Assembly (NCBI RefSeq): GCF_009834535.1
Contig: NC_045707.1
Span: 46,812,001-46,876,000 of the forward strand
DNA length: 64,000 nt
Direction of reading: 5' to 3'
DNA from: Camelus ferus
Lineage: Eukaryota
Position numbers and translations under genes: made by a program. This document shows, in pieces, positions 50,866 to 62,178 of this stretch (positions are counted from its first letter, which is position 1; every line of letters starts with the position of its first letter). Below the pieces are notes generated by a model, which did not search any database, was not told where the DNA came from, and saw only the letters and a program-made list of their open reading frames with translations.

Positions 50866-52841
50866 AACGTTCAGCCCTCTCTTAAGTTAAACATTCCATC
50901 TTAAAAATGATGTTTTTAGTACATTACACTTAATTAAAAAGAAGTTGAAACCCAAGATACAATATGGTGTAGAGTGGGGTTTTTTAAAGTAAGGTACAAT
51001 ACACACCTGCATCACAGTCTCCTGGGATGTGTGACAAAAATGTGAATTTCTGAGCCCAAGCCCAGATCTTCTGAATAGTTGTGTGTGAGAGTCCCTGCTC
51101 CACTAGGGAAAGCACTGTACTTAGAACTGGAAGACTGACATCTGGGTTCAGTCACAAGACTTGAGACAGCCTGATCAGCCCTGGTTTCTTTAGGAATGAT
51201 TCCTTGTACGTTAGAGATAATAAATATCTTCCCCACCAACTTCACGGGATTGCTGTGAAGTTAAAATTTAATCATGTGTTTGAGAACAGTTTGGAAACTA
51301 AAGTAAATCTAAACTTTAAATCTAGCAATAAGAAGGGCATCTGCTCAAGCAGTATCCTTATCCTCTCCATTAACAAATATCCTACTCTTACATTCAATCT
51401 TAAAGATAAAACTTAGGACCTATCTTCTGCCCATAAAGGCCTGTATTTATTCACTGATTCATTTGTGAAGGTTCTTATAAAAGAACCTGGCCAGCCAGCA
51501 TCCAGAAGGCATTCTTTAGAGAATACACATTGCTCTTCAGAAATACCCACCTCTGTCTAGGACACCACAAAGCAGTTAAGACAAGGATTTGTTCTAACAG
51601 AGAGGAAAAAAATAGCTCAAGGTTGTCCTAAGAGTCCACTTCTGATTAATTTTATACAAAGGTGGAAAATGCATGATGCTTCAGAAATCATTGCCAGTAA
51701 TGAGACACACACAGAGAGGAAGAAAAGTCCAACCCACCGTAAATGTCCTAAGGAAGAAGTTGTTCTGCCATGATTCGGTGCACAGTGTACTCTCAGTCTG
51801 GTTCTGTAAAGCCAATAAACCAGACAGGTTCAGAGTCTGTTTATTTTTTAAATGACAGGCAGAACCACTATAATTATTGTCATCTCTCCAAAGTAGAAGA
51901 CTATACACTATTCAGTGGCAGTTTTTCTCAAGGATCCAGAACAGCTCCTACCATCTGACTATGAAAGTCATTCTTCCAATTCAGGACTTGAAGTACAAGG
52001 TATGGCCAAGCAACATGTAGGGGTAAGTGTGAAAGCTTTCAGGAAAGGGGGATGGCTGGATGGGTGGGGAAAATATCTTTAATCAACACTTTTGAGAATT
52101 CAGAGAAATTTAAAACCTTTGATGCAAGATGAGAAAGCTTTAGATGGCCTTTCAACTGTTAGATCTGAGTAAAGCATTAAACATTCATTCTCAAAACACA
52201 TGTTAGGGGTTAGGTTTTTTGTGGATAATTAACTTCAAGTTGCCTCTTCCCTGAATTAAGAAATTTACTATTCACAGATGGCCAGGTGACCCTGGAAGAG
52301 GGGACTCTGAAGTCAAAACCTCTATCCTCCATGAGCCATGGGCTCATAACAGGCACAAATAGAAAAGAGTACCCTTTTCTAAATGAATGTTGATCTTCCA
52401 AACACACATTTAGGTGCAGAGCAAACAGTGAAATCAAATGATTGCTTTTCACAAATGTACATCAATACCACTGGGTTTTGGTGAGGTGAATGTGTTTGTT
52501 CAGAAAAGTACAAGCAGGGGAGTTACTCCCATCTCTCCCTCTTAGCAGGAAAGGTTTCATGAAGGACAAGGGGTTCTTGATGGCTCTAAAGCTCTATGAG
52601 GGAGGCCAGCTGACAGATGTGGAATGGGAGGGTCAGTGCAGCCCAGAGAGTGAGACAGAGGTGGACAATGAGGTCCAGGCTCAAGGGTGGACAGGTGATT
52701 TGCTATCACAGATCGGAGAAGCAGGCAGAAGATGAGAGACCAGAGGACGAGGAGGAATGAATGGGAAGCAAAAGATCAAGAAAACCATGGCAGTTCATGG
52801 ATGAGTCAAACTATAAGTGAGGCTTTTGGCCTTTATTCAAG

Positions 52842-53080
52842 ATAATACTTAACATTTATTGAGATTTTTATTATGGGCTACTTGTGTTAAGGGCTTTCAG
52901 TTGATTAAATCAACCATCCTGAGACAGCAGTACTAGTCTCATCTCCATTCTTCAGGTGAGGAAACTGAGGCAACATATAACTTATCCAAGGTCACACAGC
53001 TAGGAAGCAACTGAAGTCAGGATTCCAACCCTGGCATTCCGACTCTGGAGCCCGTGATCTCAACCACCCCTTGATGCTGC
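52842..53080 (-). mobile_element. MIR SINE
   Basis: CAGGTGAGGAAACTGAGGC..CCAAGGTCACACAGCTAGGAAG..GGATTCCAACCC..GACTCTGGAGCCCGTG. Confidence 0.9.
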
Positions 53081-55039
53081 CCCTCTGGAAGGAAAGAGGG
53101 ACAGTTACTGCATGATATCCTGGAGAAGAAGGCACAGGTGGCCTGGCAGAAGGAGGAATTCCTCCATAGTGTTCAGACTTGTTCTGAGAAGGAACAGGAC
53201 AAAGACTAATGACAGGAGAAGTGGGAAATGGCCTAGTTCTAACCAAAGAGTTAAATAGGGCTGAACATTTGGGGACACCACAGAAGATGAGCACCATGTC
53301 AGCATCGTTTGACAAGCGGTACTCTGAGGATGCAGCCCAGTCTGTGTTTTACGTGAGGAAACAGCATGTGAGGGAGGACAGAGAGACGTAAAGGAATAAA
53401 GATGAGGTACAATCCAGGAAGACTGAATGGTGTCACGGAAGGAACAGGAAATCTGGAACCAGAGACACTTGGGTTGAACCTTGGCACTTTTGAGCTTATT
53501 TCTGGATGTCCACGTGCTATGTAGCTCACACCAGTAAAATAAGACACTTTTCGAACTGAAAGCATTATCTATAATTAAATATATAACATATGCAAAAGCA
53601 CTAGCAAAGTGCTTGGCATGTGTGAGGTATTCCAAAAATATTGAGACTTGGGGGGAAAAAAAAGAAAGACAGAAAACCACACACCAGCTGCTGCTTCTTA
53701 GGATGGGGAGATTGGCAGGAAGGGCTTCAAAACTGGCAGGAAAGGAAGGCATGACACCAGCAATGTCACCAGTCTCATGTGTGCCCCATCTGCCACACAC
53801 ACAGTAGGACACCAATGTCTGTACTGGTCAGTTCTATTTCCAGAAGGATCTGCCAGGACATAGCAAAAATAGTTTGCCTGTTCATTCATTCCTCCCTTTG
53901 TTCATTCAACAAACACTTGTTGCAGCCACAGAGCTTGGCTAGAAGATGGCACAGTTGAGGAGGTGTGGCGGAGGGGACCGTCATGATGGAAGGGCCCGCC
54001 TGCAGCTTTGTGATCATCAGCCTAGTGGCTACATGCAGCAGTCAGGATCAAAGTATCTTACAACGTGACTAAGACACATTCCACAACTGCCCGCAAGAAG
54101 CTTACAATCTACTAGGAAAGAGACATATGAATACATTTTTACAACACAGTATGGTTGGTGCTATGAAGTGCTTTGGAAAAGGGAGGCAAAAGTTACAAAA
54201 TCCTATAAAAGATTTCATAACTGTCTACACCATCATAATCAATGTCCCACAATTCTCACAGTTAGACAAGACCAATGATGGTTACTCCATTACTCTTTAT
54301 GTAATTTATTCAACAATAGTCATATATTATCAGGCCCTGGTTCATTTTGTATTGTTAAGCACCAAGTGCACACTGAATATTATAAACCTATTCCCTGTTA
54401 TATTCTCCAAATGCTGATGTTGCCGTGGAATTCACCCAAAGTCTGGTCCTGAATACCTGCCAAAACTCCTGGCAATGTATTGTTTCGACAATAAAATACA
54501 ATCCTGTTAATCCCATTGCTTTAGGTAATTTATTCATTACTGTGGGGGAAATGAGCTATTTTCAAAGAACCACTACTTGTTTTGACAAAAAAAAAAAAAA
54601 AAAAAAAAAATGAATACAGACTGCAGCTCTTTGTCCCGGCAAAAATCTCACAAGCAATGCTTCCGACCTAACTTCCATTTCTTCTCCAAAGGTTTAATCT
54701 CAACATAGTCACATTATATGCAAATAGTGTCCTCGTCAAAATTTGATTTTTCTTCTTTGAAGAGCAATAAAAACAAAACCATTTAGAATACTGCTATTGG
54801 AAAGAGGGCAGTAGTGATAATCTTCTCACTGTAATAAACTGAAGGATCCCTCAAACAGATCCAATGCCCATCCCCTTTGAATAACCAAGGAAGCAGTTAT
54901 TCTTCAGAAGTTGAGATTGCACATGCTCTTCCTGGATAATAATGATACCATAACAAAATAGTCTTTGATTTCCACAATTCTGACTATCCACTCCAAGGGC
55001 TATCCTATTTCTGATGATGTATGAAACAGAAATGTCTGT

Positions 55040-55270
55040 AATCATGAAATCTTAGTGTCAGAAGGTCATCTTCTCTAACATCCCATCCCCTGTATGAATC
55101 TCCTCTTTATGTCTCCAACAGATATAATATCTGCTTGACTATAATCTCTTCCAAATTATTAGAAAGGACTTCATTACACTGATGTGAAACCTCTCTATTT
55201 GTAACTTCAGTTACTGTCCCTACTTTAAGCTATCAGACAGTACAAATACCATGTCTAATTTCTCCTTAAA
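55040..55270 (-). mobile_element. L3/CR1 LINE 3' end
   Basis: Reverse complement GAAGTTACAAATAGAGAGGTTTCACATCAGTGTAATGAAGTCCTTTCTAATAATT..GATGACCTTCTGACACTAAGATTTCATGATT follows the recalled CR1/L3 3' terminus. Confidence 0.7.
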
Positions 55271-55309
55271 ACTCAAAAGATAAAGTGTAAATAGGGATTA
55301 AGGCCCCAG

Positions 55310-55850
55310 AAGAGTAAGAACATACCTAACTCCTTTAAAGGGCTTCAAGTCACCAAGCCAAGGTAAATTATACTCTAGGGTGGTGAATGAAATGACAGAT
55401 GAAGATAAGGATAGAGAATTGACAGAGATGTGGAAAACTCTGAAGAATCAAAGAGAAAGCAAACAATACAGCACACATTTTTAAAAGGATGAAAAAGTTT
55501 GATTCCCTAAATCAAGGACAATGAACTTGATGACTATCCCTGGCAAAGTGTAAGAAAAAAATTACTACACAGATCAGCATTTTCCAAACTGTGCTTTCAT
55601 GAGATGACACCTATTAACTTTTCCAACAGCTATAGAGTTCTTCAGAAAACAGCTTGAGAAATGCTGACGTAGATCATTCGTAAACACTCAGAAGGCAACA
55701 GATACTAGGAACCATCAGGGGTTTAACAAGAACAATTCAAGCCAAAAATCTTCACTTCCTTTTTTTTTTTTTTTAATAGAGTTGCTATGTGGATAGACAG
55801 AGGAAATGCCATAAACATGGTATTTTGATTTCAATAAAGCCTGTTTGTCT
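55310..55850 (+). mobile_element. L3/CR1 ORF2 reverse transcriptase N-terminal fossil
   Basis: FKSPSQGKLYSRVVNEMTDE (~FKSPGPDELHPRVLKELAD), HIFKRMKK..TIPGKV (~PIFKKGKK..SIPGKI), HQGFNKN (~QHGFTKN), FNRVAMWIDRGNAINMV..DFNKA (~FDRVT.LVD.GNAVDVVYLDFSKA). Confidence 0.8.
55575..55666. mobile_element. Small hAT-Charlie MITE (MER5-like) inserted into the L3 fragment
   Basis: TIR-like CAGCATTTTCCAAACTG / CAGCTTGAGAAATGCTG; 8-bp TSD ACACAGAT / ACGTAGAT (6/8); the L3 reading resumes after it. Confidence 0.7.
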
Positions 55851-56329
55851 AAAGTCAATAATCTGTATAAAGTAGTTCAAACAAATATGAATCTACTCAA
55901 CTGAGCCTAGATTAATTCAACTTGTTTATAAGTCATATGGGATCCTCTGTTAAATGACAGAGTTACCAGTTAAATAACTAGGAAGGAAGAGAGGCTGGGA
56001 GGGCAGAGTCTAATTTGGGATGCTCTGTGAACCTAGGCTGCCTCCTAAGGACCCCTACTTTCATTTGCAACTGTTCATTTGCATAACAAAATCTTAAATG
56101 TGCTGAGGATCAACATCAAGTTCCTTGCTCCAGGTAGTCCAAGGTGAACCTTTTAAAAGGCAATGAAGACAGTCTGTTTTTTCATCATTTTGATATTCTA
56201 TTTTCCTTGTTTCCCCTGCAATTACACACTGTGGCTCTTCAATAACACCTACTGGATTTTTGTTTGTTCATGTGTCTAACAAGATAATTTAAACTGAAAG
56301 ACACAATCCTGTTTAAAACTGTAGGGACT

Positions 56330-56590
56330 GATAGGCACGGGAATCAGGGTGTCCATTAAAAGAGTCAGACCTCGATCTGAATCCTAGCCCATCACTTACT
56401 GGCTCTGTGACTTCAGGCCTGCTATTAAATTGTCCCGAGCTTCAGTGTTCTCACCTATAAAATGGGGTTGATGACAAGAATCCCTATCACGCACAGGTGC
56501 CATAAGCACTTGGAAAAAAATAATAAATTCTCTTTCCTAATAGTCAGTCCTTAGTAGAAACTCAACAAATTGTAGTTGCAACTATTATTA
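56330..56590 (+). mobile_element. MIR SINE
   Basis: GAGTCAGACC..GAATCCTAGCCCATCACTTACTGGCTCTGTGAC..CTCACCTATAAAATGGGG. Confidence 0.85.
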
Positions 56591-57545
56591 TCATCACCAA
56601 TCCTGCGTGCTTCAATTTATTCTTAACCATGTTTATGTTACACATTCCAGTTTGAAGATCACTCTCTTTGATAGAGGAAGAGAGAAGCCAAGTCGTTGAG
56701 TAGGTCTGCTTTTCATCATGTAAACATTATTCCATCTGCCCCAAGCAATGAGCTTAGCCCTTACTTGTTCTTCTTGTTTTGAAAGTTGCTTTAGAGCCCT
56801 TTTCTGTTGTCTTTAGCATTCCCTCCAGCCTCAGCTCAGTCTGGACTTGAGCTTTGCAGATATTTTTCTACTGGTTTTGTGCTACTCTTCTTCTGCATTT
56901 GTCCTTGAGTATGTGTTTGTCTTTCAATCTTCCATACATGTACTCTTAATATCCAAGTCCATCAAAAATGTCCTTGGTGCTTAGAATGGTTTCCTCTCTT
57001 TTACCTCCTCATCTCCCTAAACTGTCATTTTTTTTTTTTTTTTTTGCTGTCAGAATTTTTTTTTTTCTTTTTCTTTCTTTCTCTCTTGCTCTCTTTTTGT
57101 GTGGTCCTCTCTTTTCAAGTCTCTGGACTCTGAAAAATACCTATCCTTTCTCTAAATATATATTTTCCTAAAGTCACTGCTATGGTATGGTTATGCCCAA
57201 CTTCCATTTATTTTGCAGTTACAAAACAATACTACCACAGTTACTTCCCTCCCAAGGTTTTAGTCAATTCTACTTCAATAAACAGTTTTCTTATTGGTTA
57301 GGACTAAGCTTAGAATTGTATTTCCATCTCATTGCTTCCTCAATCTGTGGTTTAAAAAAAGAAAAAGACAGAAAGGATTTTGCTTTCCATGAAACATCTA
57401 TCAGAAAACTGAGAAAGTTAAAGTCCTCATCAATGACTATATCTTGGCTTGTGGCAATTTTGACATTTAGCTGAATCTAAATATGTGCAATATCATCAAC
57501 CAGCAAGTGACGGTTACTGACTGGCCTATACTAATCTATAATAGT
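56590..57545 (-). mobile_element. L3/CR1 ORF2 endonuclease and linker fossil
   Basis: Reverse strand gives QDIVIDEDFN (~QDIVVMGDFN), QIEEAMR..ILSLVLTNK (~QKVEEATR..ILDLILTNK), MYGRLKDKHILKD..KAQVQTELRL (~MYRRWK.G..KAKAQ.ELRL), IKESDLQT. Confidence 0.8.
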
Positions 57546-59570
57546 TGTTCAGGCATAATTAAAATGTTTTGCTCCACTGCTAAGAGAACGAGCTGTGCTT
57601 TGAAGTTAAGTCATGACAGTTTACAGTCACAATCTCTACGTGGGTTGGCAAAAGATGAAAGTCTACACCCCCAATTCAGTAAGTGATGGAAACACCTTGC
57701 TTCTGTATTTGTTTCGTTTTGTTTATTTGGGATTTTTGGTGTTTTTTCATCAATTTTTGAATTTGAGGTATAATTCACATATAATCGCTCTTACATTCTT
57801 GAGTACTCCTGTGAATTCATTGCTACTTTCAGAATTCTAACACAAGAACACAGAAAGGAATTCTAATACAGGCCATAAATGATTGCCTTTAAAATACATT
57901 TAAGAGAAATGAACCAAAATGTAAAACAAACCAAAACCAAATAAAAACCCTCTGTGGCTATGTATAATGGTTAGGATTTGGTTAACAGCCAGAAATAAAG
58001 AGCAATTTTAATTATTTTGGAATTTAACCGGGTAAAAGTTTATTCTTCATTTATTGAATGAGAAGGAATTCCATGATAGAGGGTTTGCATTTCAACCATC
58101 AGCTAAACTGAAGTTTTCCCAAAGAATGAGATATTGACATACTCAAACTAAAGTCTCCAAGTCTGTTAAGTATAACTGAGCTTAGTTACTCCCTAGTTAA
58201 CTACAGGCCTTACACTAAGAATAGCAATAAATACAAAAATATCCACCAGTTGTTATTCAACTGGTGCACATGGGCCAGAATCACTTCCTTCCTCTCCCTC
58301 ACAGTCTGAATCATCAACCAAATTTTCTCTCAATGCTAAAGGTTCTTTAGCAGGTCAAAATAAAATCAGAGGAAAAGGTATTCCTTGGAAAGGTTTAAAA
58401 GTGGGTGAGATGCCTGTTTACATCTTAATCAAGCATCAAGACTAATAGCTTAATATCCATAATCTATACTTACATGAGGTTTTTGGAAAATAAAGGGTAG
58501 TGAATCAAATACAGTGACAAAGAAAAAGACCTCTACTTGATGCAAAATAATTTTGCCATTAGGTCAACACTGACCCACATATGTGCTGTCCTGGGTTTTT
58601 GAGGTAAACGGTTGGTAAACCAGTAGTAACCACTTAAACCGATTAACTTTCAAAATAGAATCATGGAGACCTACCCAAGATCTTTTTGAACCAAAAAAAC
58701 AGTAACAAAAAAACCAAAACAACTTCGACCTAAAAATAATTCAGAAGATTTTGGATTTTAATCTAATCTGTACTATAGAGCCATGATGACAGGGAATGAA
58801 GAAAGTAAAGAGCGTGTTCAAAAAACCACAATCGCAAGGAAAACTGGCTTCCACAGAAAGGTGTGATTTTCCTTTAACTTTCAATGTACACTGTAAAATT
58901 AACTCTCTTTCCCTAGAGTGAAATTTTATCAATCAGCACACAACTCAGAGGCCACTTAAAATCATAACTTCCTTTTCAACACTCTTAGCATGATATTTAC
59001 TAGCAAACACATTCCAAAAGAACAGTCACTTCCACTGTGTAGAAAAAGCTTAATTACTGAGTTGAACACTGACTTCTTGCTCTTATTCACCAACGAGCGC
59101 CTCATTGTCCTGTGTGACCTGAGGTCTTCCTCCCCTTCTCCTTGACTCAGCAGCTGGGCTCAGTTTCCTCTCTCTAACCTTCCTTTTCCAAATGCTGGAG
59201 CACAGCAGGCATTTCTAGGTCACTAAAGGAAACTATTACTGCCTTCCAGGAGAACAGTATCTTCTGTGTATTGGAAGGACTGACGAGGACAAGGAGTCAG
59301 TAATTCAGTGTACTAAGCCCCATTCTCACTCTGACTAGGGCATGCATTAACTGCCTCTTGTCTGCATTCTGCTGTGGGGAAAACACCCATCACCCACCTC
59401 GGAAGCTGGCTAACATCAGCCACCGGAACACCCAGCTCAGCGCTGCTGGGAGGGATGCCCTCCCCATCCAAATTCCCAGCCACACTGCTATAGCACTGAC
59501 TTCCTGTCTGGCCCACAAGCCCATGATAAAGGCCACATCCTCATCCTTCCCATTCCATTCCATGTGTTAT

Positions 59571-60115
59571 GCCACCACTCATTTTGTTCAACAACTTTAT
59601 AGACATATAATTCACATACCATAAAATTCACCCATTTAAAATGTGCAATTCAATGGTTTTTAGCATACTCACAGTCTTGTGTAACCATCGCCACAATCTA
59701 ATTTGAGAACATTTTCATCACCCCAAAAAGAAACCCTGTACCTACTAGCAGCCACTTCCCAAATCCCCTCTCCTGCCTACCTCCCCAGCCCTAAGCAACC
59801 ACTAATATACTTTCCATCTCTATGGCTTTGCCTGTTCTGGACATTTCACGTAAATATGTGTGGTGTTTGTGACTGGCTTCTTTCACTTAGCATAATGCTT
59901 TCAAGGTTCACTCATGTTATAGCACGTATTACTACTTCGTTCCTTTTATTGCTGCATAATATTCCATTGTATGTATATACCACATTGTGTTAATCCATTC
60001 AACAGCTGATGAATATTTGGGCTGTTTCCATTTTTTGGCTGTTATGAATAGTGCTGCTGTGTCCAAGTTTTTGTGTGAACATATCTTTTCATTTCTCTTG
60101 GCCACCACTTATTTT
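59571..60115 (-). mobile_element. 5'-truncated L1MB-type element with a 15-bp TSD
   Basis: ACAACTTTATAGACATATAATTCACATACCATAAAATTCACCCATTTAAAATGTGCAATTCA L1MB end; TSD GCCACCACTCATTTT (59571-59585) / GCCACCACTTATTTT (60101-60115). Confidence 0.9.
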
Positions 60116-60189
60116 TAGCAGGCTCTCTCCTCTGTCTCTTCTTCTCTGGCCCTAAGTCCAGGATCCTCTTTAAAAAGAAAAATACTTAG

Positions 60190-60700
60190 AAAAAGGAATT
60201 CACATGCACTGTGGATAAAATGAAAGTAAGTACAGCCTTTCTGGAGGACAGTTCATCAATATCTATTGAACTTTTAAATACATGCACTCTTTGACCTAGG
60301 AACTCCACTGCAAGTACCCTGCAAACAACTCTACAAGTTTACAGATGGCTACAAGGATGTTCTCTACTGCAGAGTATGTAATAAATAGCAAAGGATTAAG
60401 AGTAAGGATCATGTGGAAGCAGTAAGTACAGAGACAACTATTCTGCTGATTTAAAAAATAGGATAGAACTATGTAGTAGCAGGAAAAGATAACCTACATA
60501 TTAATTACAGAAAGCAAGTTACAGAAAATGCATGTATTAAATGAATCCACTCAAATAAAAAATGATACATCCGTGTGTGCTTGTATGGTCAAATAAAATG
60601 TCCAGAAAGATACTTAAAAAAATGAGGATTAAAGGTTTGAGGGAAGAGAAACAATTACTTTACATTTTATATCTTTTTGTACAACTTGAATTACTATATA
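60190..60700 (+). mobile_element. Old L1 (L1ME-like) 3' fragment
   Basis: GTACAGCCTTTCTGGAGGACAGTT..CTTTGACCTAGGAACTCCAC..AAAGCAAGTTACAGAA. Confidence 0.65.
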
Positions 60701-61699
60701 AGAATGCCTTTAGAATTTAAAATGTAAATTTTAAAACAATACAAATCCTCCTGACACTCTACTGTGACTACGTTATAGGAAGGTATGAGAAAACACATGC
60801 CAAGGCGAGGAGAGACACACCAAAGGGGAGCCAGGGGTACTGAAAAGAAATGCCTCCTGCTTCCTAACTGATCCTGGGCATCCCTGATTCTAACCTCCAA
60901 AATGGAAAGTATCATGGGATTCTGACTCCAACCTGCACTCTCAGAGAGGAGGACGGAGCTGTGGGAGGACAGACATCAGACAAGACTGAGTTCTGCCAGC
61001 CTCTGCCACTTTCTGTGAAACTGTCATTCAACCTCTCCTCCACCAAAACCCTCCTTCCCAGACTATGGAATAGCCCATGCTCTTTCAGTCTTACTTAATT
61101 CCTGAGATGCCAACTCCCAAGCATTTCCAACAACCCTTCAAATCTAGGCTCCAAAGAGTACCTCTCAGAGAAACCTCTCTGAAAATCAAGCCCTTTAACC
61201 TAAACCTATATACATTTTCATGCATCATCTATCTGCAGGGTCTCTGTGCCCCACCCTTCCTACTGACTCATGGTTGTCTGGTAGCTCATGTGTCTTACCT
61301 CTGCCTCTACAAATACTTTTTTTTTTTAATTAACATTTTATTGACAAGACAAATCTACCATCATCGAGTTCCATATTTACTCATTGATAAACTTAATAAA
61401 GTGAACAAGATACCTTATCTATCTCACCCAGAATAGAATACTTTCAGAGATCTTGGGAATATATTCTAGTTTTTTTTCAGCTCCTCTCACTATTAGTCTA
61501 CAGTCTTTTTTTTTTTTTGGCTATCAACTTCTGCTTCTAGAAGTCTCCTTTTCCTTTTTCCAAATACATTATTTGCAAATCTGCCAAAGTCATTTAAAAA
61601 ATAAAGTGATCCTTTCTTGGGAACTTGAAGTGTAAAATCTAGCATTTTCTGAACAGAGGCGTTGTAACATCTGTTTGCACTTTTTATTTACTGTAATAG

Positions 61700-61915
61700 T
61701 TAAGCGTATGTTTAAGCTTTGGAATGCAGTTTAGCTTCTAGCTCCAGAGTGACCAGTGTGACTTGGACAAGCCACTCAACATTTCTGAGCCTCAGCGTTC
61801 TCATCTGTAGCTAGGGAGAGCAACACAACTGCATATGTTTGTTGTGAAGATTAGAGATAATGAGGGTTTAAAACAATAACAAGTACCCAATAAGGATTAG
61901 CTGTTGTTATTTACG
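61700..61915 (+). mobile_element. MIR SINE
   Basis: GTGTGACTTGGACAAGCCACTCAACATTTCTGAGCCTCAGCGTTCTCATCTGTA..GTTGTGAAGATTAGA. Confidence 0.8.
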
Positions 61916-62178
61916 TTACTACTAGTATTTACTTTCTTTTTTTTTTTTTAATTTTTTTTAGTTTTACTAAATGCTGTCAGATATCAGCATTTATTTACAA
62001 AGTCAACCTATTTATACACATAATTTACCAGAGTCAGTAATTAAGTCTACACACTTAGGCTTATTTTGATAGTTGTTTCCATGGTGTAGTGATATGATTT
62101 TTTTTTTTTTCATCTTAGAGCTTCAGTTCTGTTCGGTGGGTTTTTAATTTTTTTTTGAAATGGATGATTTGTAGCTTA

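Noticed and set aside
54587..54610. A24 tract
   Set aside because: No recognisable SINE or retrocopy body upstream and no TSD; simple homopolymer
57965..58645. GGTTAAC/AACCG-rich motifs reminiscent of ancient hAT subterminal repeats
   Set aside because: Too short and degenerate to define TIRs or a family by eye
59143..59152. TGACTCAGCA (ARE/MARE-like motif)
   Set aside because: Isolated 10-mer within MIR-like sequence, with no supporting cluster
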